Assembly (NCBI RefSeq): GCF_964204865.1 | Contig: NC_135260.1 | Location: forward strand, 10,354,001-10,418,000 | Length of the DNA: 64,000 bases | DNA from: Styela clava | Lineage: Eukaryota | Direction of reading: 5' to 3' | In this document: in pieces, positions 47,001 through 59,000 of the stretch | Layout: each line of letters opens with the position of its first letter | How positions within the stretch are numbered: position 1 is the stretch's first letter | Notes under the pieces: model-generated | Seen by the model: only the letters and a program-made list of their open reading frames with translations | The model's database searches: none | Told to the model about the DNA's origin: nothing | Position numbers and translations under genes: made by a program

Positions 47001-50000
47001 AGTTAAAGTTGGCTTAGGAGTAAGGCCATTTAACTCTAGTGTATAAAGAAAGCACCCGCCTGCCGAGGGGGTTAACTAAATTTCCAAATAAATAATTATA
47101 GTTCTTAGTAACTAATGTGACGTCAGCCTGGAACAAAATTGTTGATAATTAGGAAACTGCTGCCTGAAGTCCGTCACCATCTCTATAAAATGATAGAGAA
47201 TGATACTTTACCTGAATATTGTTTTTTTATTAATAGTCATTTTTTATATTATTTCAGGAGTTCGAATAAACGCTGTTGTTGAACTAATTGTTCGTTGGAC
47301 GAATCCAGATAATAAATATGATCAAGTTATTGAAATGAGGGTAATTTCTTTATTATTGTAGCAATATCATTGATACTTTCACCCTGAACCAGGCTCTGGA
47401 CTAGACTAGAATATATTTCTATACCAAAAGCATTGAAATTCACAATGTCGTTATGACAAGACATATGCTATGCCATTTTTTAATTTATTTAAATATTATT
47501 TATGCTACTAGTAATACTATTTTCTGTGCTGATTTGGGAATTGGCAGTCGTTATTAGATTGGAATACATTATTATGATATTGCACCGTATATTATAATGA
47601 GTACTAAAGCATTATTGCTGAGCCATATTATCGTCTTTCTCCTCCGCTGGGATAAATATGAAAATCCTATACTAACTGTTATAAGTGTAATGTCTTCCAA
47701 AATCGCTTGGAGAATAAACATTCAAATACGAAGATTCTGTGTTAATATCTTACAAATGCTGTAATTTAGAACTCTAAATCACAAATACATTTTATCAAAT
47801 CTTGTTTTTTCTAAAAATACAATCTCTCTTTCTATTTCTCAGTTTGATGGAGCAGAAGTTTTCAATGTTAGTGACAAAGAAAGAAGAGATCCAAGTTTCT
47901 ATGTGACAAGAAATAGTGTTTCGTTAAGAACTGTCACGAAACCTATAATATTTCGATGGTCAAATGGATATGTAAGATATATTTTTAAATTATTTGACAA
48001 AATATTGTTTATCAATTTCATTAATTTATCTAAATATTAGACTATGTTCAAAGCCGGTTTTAAACCATTTCGTTTTCTGTATTTTTTGTACATGATGGAT
48101 ATAGAAGTTTTTTTATTTAAGAGTACATGCATTTTTTATATTTTTGACTGTTTGTAACTTAAATATCGAAAATGTGATTTATATCACTTCAGCATTCAAA
48201 ACTTCTAAAGTTGTCTTGCATCTATGAAGCACTTATATCATTGCAAGATTTCGTTATAACACAACTTCGTCCAGAAACGAGTGCTATAATTTGCCAGTGC
48301 ATAGGTAGACTAGCTTAAAAAATTATTTGCAGAAAAGGAATAAATGTTTTAAAAATCTTTATTCTCTTATTTTTATTCTTATTTTTTTATTATGATATAA
48401 TTGATATTATATTGATTTTTTCACACTTTACAGATTCAAGAATTTTATGTGAGTTCGGAAGAAACGATCACATCACTTAATATCAAAAGAGGAATTTTAG
48501 GTTTCTTTCAAATACAAACTCAATCAGGGGACAGAGTTGAGGTGATATATATTTTATTCAAATATTATTCTTTGATCAAACTATGCAACAGTTGTTAATC
48601 TTATTGATGTGTTTGTATTTTATGATGCATTTTCGATGTTTAGAAAATCTAGGATTATAAAAAATCATTTTTTTCTCTTATTTTTATCCACAATTTTATT
48701 TGCGGTTAATAAAAAAAACATAATGTCTACTTAAAACAGCTTACAGTTCACAATGATTTTATTTGAATTGTTTTTCAACAAGCTTCTTCAACAAATCTTC
48801 GGTTCAAGCCATCAGCAGTCAACTCATTTATGACTTTAAAATGGTAGTGATTTGTCTTCTTTTTCTGATAGTTGTGGCGCGGCGGTGTGGCTCAACAGGC
48901 TAAGCGTTAGGAATACGCTCGCCACCGCACCTCTAATCACTCTGCGTGGGTTCGCAGGTTCGAATCCCATGCAGGGATGGTTATGTGCGAGAGGATTGCT
49001 GGACTCCTCGCCGTCGTTGGGTGGTTCACGTAACCGCTGGTCGGTTACGACTTCCTCCACCACCAAGTCCCTGCTTCCGAAAAACAAACAATACAGTAAA
49101 AACTAATCCCATACCCGACTTGGAATGGTGACCGGACGAGAGGCCGTGGTTCGCCATATGGATAAGCCGTCTTATCGGCTTTCCTCTCCCCCGGGATAAA
49201 TATGTAAATCCTATCCTATCCTAGTTTTGTCTATAATCCTCCTTTTTTCCATATTGAAATGCATATCTCAGTTATTTTAGGAATCGGCCAAACCATGGAT
49301 ATTCCTAGAAATATCATTGACAATAAGTTAATACCAGCATTAAATGCAATATCAGAACTAATAGCAACAAATTTTATCATAGAAAAATAATAATAAATAC
49401 TTGGATTTTACTGTAAATTTCACTAGAAACAACAACTTAATTGTCATCTTCAATTTGCAGGAAGATTTATCTGGTAAATGTAACGTCACGTATGATGTAG
49501 AAGGTACAGAGGTAAAGAAAGTCAAAGATATATCATCTTGTGTGAATGAGGAAGAAGGGTTTTCAACAATGTCTAAGGTAAAATTTATTATATTTTAAAT
49601 TGAAATTTTAATTCAACATGACTGCGTTTATTATTATACATCAGTATGTATTCCTTTGTCTTATTTAGGATAGATCGGACTGGCTTAACTTTTTGCCATT
49701 ACAGGGTTGCTCATGTAATTACAGGCTTCTTGCAGTTTTCTCTTCTAACCACATATCTTTGGTATGGTTTGATATTCCTACACCCAAGCTGGACCACAAT
49801 CGAAACACTTTGATTATGTTATTATTATTCTATTCTTCGACAGAGAAGCGAGACTGTTATTAAATGATAATAATGCCCAGTGTTCATCATTTCAAGATAT
49901 TGTTACACAGAGAATTAGGTACCTTACAATGGTACAAAAAATTACAATACACATGACAAAAACATAGGTTAGAGGAAAGCGGATAAGAATGGTTAATCGT

Positions 50001-53000
50001 ATAGCAAACCATGGCCTCTCATGAGGTTACCAGTCCATGTCAGGTATGCGAATAGTTAACCAGTTATTTGTTTCGAGTCCAGTTATCTTCTTATACATAA
50101 TCAGCGGTGGGTTTGCAGATTTGAATCTCATGTAGGGATAGTTATGTGCGAGAAGATTGCTGGACTCATTGCCGCTGTAGGGTGGTTCACGTAACCGCTG
50201 GTCGGTTAAAGTCCATGCTAACTGGCTGACTAACCTCATATCCGGCATGGACTTGTAACCTGACAAGAGGTCCTGGTTTACCATATGATTAAGACGTCTT
50301 ATCTCTTTCTGCTCCACTAGAATAAATATGTAAACCCTATCCTCCTTATCTCCCACAGGATTCAAACATGCAAGCTCGAAGATGCCAAAACTTTTTTATT
50401 AACACTATATTATCCACTCCCTTTATAAACAATAATTTTCAACATGATAGAATTATTTATATTGATATTATACTCTAAATATTTTTATACTTTAGGTGCT
50501 CGGTGTTTCGTCCGATTCAACTAGCCAAGGCCTCTACACAATGTCACCTGATAAATCACATATAGTGTATGGAGTCAACCTGGAATCGCATTCTATTCGT
50601 GTTAATGTTCGACAAGAAATTAGCTTGTATTCTCTTGGAAGGTAGTTAGATTTTTATGCAATGTATGTTTTTTTATATCTAACCTTCTTACCGTTTATGT
50701 CTGTGTTAATAAATAGGGTCACGTTGACTATATAATTAGCAATATAGACAATATATACGTGGACGTTTTATTTTTAAATAGATTATAGTTACATATTCAA
50801 AATCCAAAAAATAGTTGCAATATACAATTTTACAATCCCAAAGTAATAATTATATGTGAACATCCCTAAGTATAGCAAGTATTTCCGCTGTATTGCATAT
50901 TGCATGGAATGATCAAGCCTCATTCATTATTAAAGCGACCAATTTTTTCACATAGTTTGGAATTATACTACAAATGTTAGGAACAAATGGATTAGGAGTT
51001 TGGAATATATTTAAATTAATATCTTACAATTAAAATTATACAATATCTTTATGTTTAAAATTAGCTTATTTGATTTATTTAGTACCGGTATGCGGTAAGT
51101 ATATAAAACTAAATGTATCCAAAGTTAAAGGAAAACATATCTTCATTTAGGCAAAAACTTGGCCTGCTCTCAATAGACAAGATTAAATCTATTACATCTT
51201 CAACCAAGGATGAAGCATTGAAGTCGTTTGCTAAAGGTACTCCTATTTTTTATACCAATGTCGCTCCTTTTGAATAAGGCATTTTGTGGAAAAAAGGAGG
51301 TTGAGTAATTTGAGTTTACATAAAGATTTATTCTCAGAATTCCATTACACAGAATCAACCTTTTTGTGATGATTTAATATGTGCTCTCCATATTAGGCTC
51401 TGTGCAAGCTGGGTGTAATATGTATTGAATACTAAATCTCTTTTTATGTGACATAGCCCGTCCAGTTCAATAAATCTTTATTGGCTTGTTGGGTCTAAGC
51501 GACACTCCAGTCTAAAATTAAAAATGAGTTTGGGTGATACTATTGAGGTGGGGCATTCATGAATATTTTTCAGCATGCCATAATTTAAAATATTTCAAAA
51601 GAGTTGAATATGAAATTGTGTTTTGTATTAAAACACATTATAAAACATAACATTATGTTATTACTTATCGATCTTAAGATCGGTAAGTATGTTGATAGGT
51701 ATTTGTCTGTTTGTTTGTCTGTTAGATACGCAATATCTCTTGAAAGCGAGGTTGAATCTGCTCCAAATTTTGCATGTCCATTCACCATAGTTCGGAACAG
51801 AAGCCTATTGATTTTGGATGGATTATGTCGTATAATTAGCGAGTTATCAATTAATTAGTGATGGGACACACGGTGTCACTATGGAGTAAGACCACTGTTG
51901 TGGGGGATCCCCTAACCTTCGATCGATAAGTCTTCGGTTTCCAACCGAATTCTAGTGTTATTCTTATTGGATTATTTCAAATTTAGATAATTACTGAATT
52001 GAAATAACTCTTAATTGAGTTTGCTTCTCTGAAGATATTTACATATATTTTATGCAAAATCACTGTCTTGCAAACTCTATTATGAATACCCTACTATATT
52101 CCAAATGGGAATTTCTCGAAATACTGCTACAATTATTTTGGGATTTTTGGACTCCTGGCTGCTATAGGTTGCTTCACATAACCGCTGGTCGGTTACTGTT
52201 TCCTGCACAAATCAAGTCAATTCCTCCGAAAATAAATTACTCAGTCAGTCGTTCATTTTTCACCAAAATGAAACATACACGTAATGCGAACAAAAATTAG
52301 AGAAAACATAAATAAAGGCATTTCATTACTGCCTAACTAATTCCATACCTGACGTGACATAGACTGATAAACGGTCGAAAGACATCGTTTGCCATATGAT
52401 TAAACTGTCTTATTGGCTTTCCTCTCCCTTATTCTAAATATGTAAATCCTATCATATTGTATTAAGTTGATGTACTACTATTATCTCTGCTCTTTGAGTC
52501 TCACAGAATATAATTAAAAAATGACGCTTTTATTGCAAAGCACAACAATTTTTCACATATTTTATTATGAAACACATTATTTTTGTTAACAGAAAAAAGA
52601 AAATCTGGTGAAAAATATATAAGAGCAAGTTTATTATCTGAACGTGATGTCAAGAATTGTGCGGAAGGATGTCTCGATGTAAGTGTTTGATTAAAACAAT
52701 TAGGCTGCAAATTCGATAGCAAAATTGACATTTAATACAATGCACAACCACCATACGCCATAATTTTATTATTATGACATTTTCCATTACGTGATACATA
52801 TTATATTGCAAACATATACAACCTGATGAAAGCGAAAGTATTTGCAGTCTACCAAGTTAAGAAATATGCTTAGTGGTTCCAGCCAAGAGCAGTGGCCATA
52901 AGATTTGCATACAAAAATTAAAACTACTTGCTATTGTGGTGGTCCTTGCTTGCATAAGACGACTATTCAAGGGAAACTCTGTAAAGCAAGATATAAAACT

Positions 53001-56000
53001 GAATAGTACCACTCAATCAAATTCAAGTTGTCGTTTGTAGATGATTACTAGAGGTATCTTATCACAAGCACAAGTACATTTAAAATTATCACTGTTATTC
53101 CCTAAGTACTTGTACTAGAATGTTTTTTTAACATTTTTCCTGAGTGGAGTGATTTCATTTGTTCTCTGATTGTAAGAGCTACAGGCATTCTTAATATATT
53201 ATATAGCGTGAATATCCATAGATTATTCAGTAACATCAATGTTTGCAAGCAATAAGCGATTTTTCATTATTCTTGTTAAGCAAGCGTCATATTCATAACC
53301 AGGCCGTGCTTTGTTTTACTCACTATCAATAACCCATGTTTGGCTGTACATAAATTGTTGAATATTTTCTTATACATTCATATTCAAGGTTCTTCAAATT
53401 ATAAGTGATTTATCTAAACAACTTTCAAAAGTAAACATGGCCAACATCAGTTCTGCTCAAGCATACATTACAGCAGTACGAGCTGCAAGACAAGCAGATA
53501 AAGACACTCTTATGCAACTCTTAAAATTAAAGGAATTTAAAGATATACAGTAAGTTCAGTCAAAATATTATAACTTTGAAAAGCACACTGGATCAGGGAT
53601 GCATTGGATATACCTGGTTACAGGGATGTTCAAAAACAAATGATTTTTTTTCACAGACCGCTATACGTATTTCATTCTGAAAAAGTCCTGTACTGATACT
53701 GTACTAATATATTTTGGAAAACCTGACTCATGTTGCCCTCCAGATTTATTACACCTTGTGTGAGGCAATGGGCATAGGTCTTAAATCCAAGATTTTTGAC
53801 CAACAATGACAACATACCGGTAGCTGTCCTTTGAATACATTCAAACTTGTTAGATTGATTTTATTTGATAGTTGATTCCCTGATTTTATGAATATTTGAA
53901 AAATAATTCTTGTTGGTGTGACGAGAGGACTGCTGGACTTCCTGCTGCCATACGGTTGTTCACGTAACGGCTGGTCAGCTACGGCTTCCTCCATCATCAA
54001 ATCCATGCATCTTAAACAGATATTTGGCTAACAAACCTCATACCCGACATGAACAGGTAACCACACAAGAGGCCGTGGTTCGTCACATTATCCACTTTCC
54101 TCTCCCATGGGTTAAATATGTAAATCCTACCCTACCCACACACTGTTGACAAGACAAACTTGACAATGCAGACTTGTGCAAAGGGGACTGAATTTTGGAA
54201 TTCTGAAAATTTTCACAATTGGTATTATGACATTTCATATATTTTTCAGGTTTACCATTGTTGATATACTTGCCACTGCTCAAACTGATGCATCACAGGC
54301 AGCCCTTATTGATTTTCTTGATTTCAAAAATAAAGAAAAGGAAGGATTGGTGGAGCGGGCACTCACGGGCATTGCATTTTCATCTCATCCATCTGAGAAT
54401 GTACTCAGAGATCTTTATGTGAGAGACATATTATTATAATTACCATTTTTATAATTGTTGTGGACTTACTTATTAGGATGCATAATATCTATTCATCTGG
54501 TACGTTTAACTCCTAATTCTTCCTATTTATGACCTGACCAGTAAAGTGATGAAATGCTGTTGTTGGTTAGAATAAGATTTTCATACTCATACCAGATAGA
54601 GGAAGGAATATAAGATGATAAATAATATGACAAACTACTGGCCCTCATCCAGTTGCCAGTCCAGATGGTATGGGGATAGCTGATTTACCAGTTTAGGGTT
54701 CCAGCTGCATGAAGCACAGTGTTGGAAGTTGAACTGACCTATGAGCCACCCTGCAGGATCGAGGAGTCCGGCATTTCTTTTGTATTTACATATTTATCCC
54801 GGGGGAGAGGAATGCCCATAAGACGGCTTAACCATATGGCGAACCACGGCCTCTCGTCCGGGTTACCGGTCCAGGTCGGGTATGGGATTAGTTTGCCAGT
54901 TATTTGTTTTTGGAAGCATGGACTTGATGATGGAGGAAGCCATAACCGACCAGCGGTTACGCGAACCACCCTGCGGCGGCGAGGAGTCCAGCAATCCTCT
55001 CGCATCCATACCCGCATGGGATTCGAACCTGCAAACCCACGAAGGGAAATCAGAGATGCGGGAACGAGCGTATTCCTAACGTTTAGCAGGATGCGCCACA
55101 GATTAACTTTATCGATTAGCTTTATCGATGAGTATTAGGATAGATTTTTTGACTTTCATCTTTTACGATATTATTAATTACTGTTAGGCTTGTTATTTTT
55201 CACTTGTTATTTTTCATGAACTAAATATTTATATAAATTTTATTCAGAAATTATACAAAGGTGAGATAGCAAGTCCAAAAGTTCGACAAACTGTGGGTTT
55301 GGCAATGGGTGCAGTTCTAAAGAAATTCTGTGCTTCGGCACCAGGAAATTGTCAACGCGAGGTTTGTATTTTTTTCGCCTCATCTATAAATAACAAGGAT
55401 TGCTTGAATCAAACACTGAAAGTAGTTTATGCTTATTGTTTAATACTCTCAATGTCAAAAGGAAATTTCAAATTCATAGTAGAATTTTGATATGGTCAAG
55501 TCAATGTTGGATTTGTGATATACTCTTTGAGATAATGACTTTCAGGCCCAGAAAAAGTGATTGGCAAAAAATATCTAGGTTACGAAGAACAACTGGCAAG
55601 TGTGTGAGACTTTTGAGTGTCAACACACCATTAGGCAGAATAAAACTGGCTAGAGTTTGAATTGGATTTATTTTTAATCAGTGTCAGAACTGACTTTTAA
55701 ATCACCCATGCAAAGAATATGGTGATCAAAAATGATTAAAACTATGATACAATAAGATTTTTCATGAACGGTTAATAGGGATGTTTTTATGAGTTTTAAT
55801 CCCTATCATTATTGAGTTTCACTTCATCTACATTCAAGGAAATATTCACTATATATTATCATTGCCTTTAATGAACGAAACAAAATTTTATAAAGTTAAG
55901 TTAGTTGTACAATAATGTACAATAATGAACCTTACTTGATGGATACCAAAGTTCACAAGTAGCAAATGAGTGAATCCAATATATGCAATATTACTTTGAT

Positions 56001-59000
56001 AACTCATTAACATTTAGAGTCAGAAGTTCAGAACTTTAAAATTCTAATTTTCTCATATTTAGATTCCTAAAAAAGTCACAAATCTTATTCATCAAGGATT
56101 TATGGAATCAACGACAGAAGATACTCAAAATCTTTATATACTCATCGCAAGAAATACTGGACAACCTGAGTTTATTAATAAACTTGTTAATTTGGCCGAA
56201 CACAGTAAATTCTATCTTGTTTGTCATCATGCGTTAACTGCTTTGACCGTCTTCGATACAAAAGATTTTGGTGAAGAAGTAAGTATATTTAATTAATGAG
56301 CTGAATTGAATAATCTAAATCTGATCATGGTGGCCTAGTGAATAGGGTTTCAAAGTGGCTCAAAGCCCCAGGGTTCTGTGAGGAAGAAACCTAGGGATTA
56401 TCGTTTACTTTTCAAAATCCTGATTTGGCCTTTTTTTGTAACTGTCTAAAGAAGTAAAATAGGTAGCAAAAACGGTAGCATTGAAATGTGGCAACATGGC
56501 GGTTGATAAACCAGATATGTCATATCTACAGGTTCCAAGTAATTTTAATTTACTCAGGGACATTAATCGGTGAATAACATTGTGTTTTTTTTTTTTTTTT
56601 TTGTAAATAAGAGCTTACCTATTCACAGGTCCCATAACACCAAAAGTTTGAGAACCCCTGGTCCAGGGGTCAAAGCGATAGACTTACCATAAATATGATA
56701 GCATCGCAGATTCAAATCTCAGGTTAAAATCCCATGTCCGACACCTCATCCAGGGTGTATGGAATTGGGCAGACAACGCCAAATTAGAAAGATTTGGGTC
56801 AGTGTCGTATTGCGCAGAGACTTGTTAGGAGTGAAAGGCATATGAATGCATCGTGTAACATACTCTTGATATACTAAGTGTTCTGTTTTGGAAATTTGTG
56901 TAAGAAAATGTTTTTACTCTATGACATTGAATGTGTGATTGCATTTCACTGAAAGAAGCTTTTTAAAGTCTACCAGTTTATCTATATAAAAAATTATCAT
57001 AAGTTTTTTAGAGAATTAGAAAAGAGCAGTATCTTTAAACTTGTTTGAATTCTGAGTTTATTTGGATTGTGTTAGATTTTAACACATTACAGCTGTGGCC
57101 TTGTGTTTAAAGCATTAGACTCAATCAATCGTGTTGACGTCATAGATAAAAATCTTGCATTTGAATCCATGCCCACTCCCTCCACTGAGTGTGTATAAAA
57201 TTGGACAAACATCGCCAAAACAGAAAGCTTCTGGTCTTGCCAAACTATAACAGCCCCTTAATTAAAAATCTGGTTATTGAACCCATGGCATGAGTAACAC
57301 ATCTTTAATAAGATTATTTTCATTTCAGTTTCGAGACACGATGAACAGAATATATCATCAGAATTTGAAGAAATACGACAACACAATTCGAGCTGCTGCA
57401 GCTAATAGATTATTATCGAATGCACCTACTGAAATGGATGTTAAAAACCTTATATTGTCATTACCGGATCAAACCTCAAAAGAATTGTCCAATTTCATTT
57501 ATCAAAGAATTTTTGATCTTATCAAGACAAATCACCCATCAAAGTAAGTTAGATCATAACTTTTCAAAGTGCTCTGTGCGGAGCTCCAGGGCGTGGTTTT
57601 CTGTATGAATAAACCATCTCATCGACTTTCCTCTCTTTGGATAAATAATAAAATTCTCCTATAACCCTGATTTTAATAAAAACGTGCGAACATCTGTCAA
57701 CATAGAGTCCTCTTAAGCGAAATCCGATTTCCACTTTTAGGATTTTTCTAACTTCTCTTCAATCCTCCAACATTCATGATCGTTCATGAGTGGGTTTTAT
57801 TCCCCTTTGAGTGAGTTCTTGTGATTCTAATATGATAATATATTTTTATAAAAACCTAATATCCACTGCTAATACATTCTGAAGTAATAATATTGAAACT
57901 GAAATGAAGCAGTATAGCGATAGTATTCCATTTGTTGGTGACTTTTCGAAAAGCACCACAAAGTATCATTTTTTTCATATTTTTAGTTTCTAAAAATGGT
58001 GCGGATACAATTTTATGTTTCAATTTATAATATATTTATTAATGACACGATACACCATTCCACATTATAAACTTTCAATTATTTCAGAGAAATTCTTCAG
58101 AAAGTTTTAAAAGACAACACAGTTTCAAACTACTGGACGATGGCTAATTCAGGAATGGCATCGGCTTTTACAGGATATTTGTTTTCGTAAGTTGTTACTT
58201 GGAAAGGATACAGTAATTTTATTCAACTATTAATTATGTTGTATCACGATCATTAGAATATTACCATGATTAAACAGTTTCTAATGTTGTTTTTGGGGTA
58301 GTATTGAGGAGGCTCGAGTCATTTTCTCAACTTGAGTCGCCTACTCGCCATTCATCAAAGACTCTATGTCAGTCATCTAAACTAAATAGAAACTTGTTTT
58401 GGACTCATTAATTACTCACTAGTGGGGTGTAACTCAGTGAGTGACTCGACTCAAAACTCAGATGACCTGTCACTCAACCTTACTCACAATCAAGGTTCAG
58501 GGGCATTTTCGACATTATCAAATGTATAGAGTCAAAGTCAACTAAATTTCTTTCTGGCACTTGTAACATTCAAGATTAAAACATACTCACCCTCATGTTG
58601 AGAACACAAGTTATAAATAAACTGTGTGAGAACAAATTAGTAGGAATATTCACCATTGTAAAGTGTTTTGTTTCATGAATCTGTTGGACAGTGAGGTCCA
58701 CCATATCAAAACAAATAGAGGGTAGTGGGTACTCATCCCAGAAGCTGACCCGAACTGATAACTCAATAAGAAAATGTGGTTTGGTCCATTTTCCCCGTGC
58801 AAAAATCTAACCTGTTCTAAAATGTTAGGAAGAATAGGTTCATTTTATCGGTTGAAGACTTCTTTAAATATTAATACATTTTGATATTTAATACATTTGT
58901 GTTGATTAACATGAATTTAACTAATATATTTCATTATTTTCAGGACTGATGATTCCCAAGTAACATACGGACTGTTCATGGAATATACAAATGCAGGAAT

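Noticed and set aside
48876-48975. tRNA gene
   Set aside because: A and B boxes are present, but there is no cloverleaf with normal spacing and the sequence continues into a SINE body and tail.
48836-49131. Recurrent ORFs such as MDLMVEEAVTDQRLREPP and LATAPLITLRGFAGSNP (also at 31201, 33247, 53749, 54719, 61532)
   Set aside because: They are translations of SINE family A copies, not genes.
52823-52840. CTGATGAAAGCGAAAG hammerhead-like core
   Set aside because: No stem II pair and no NUH triplet in register, although the flanking TGCAAA/TTTGCA can pair.
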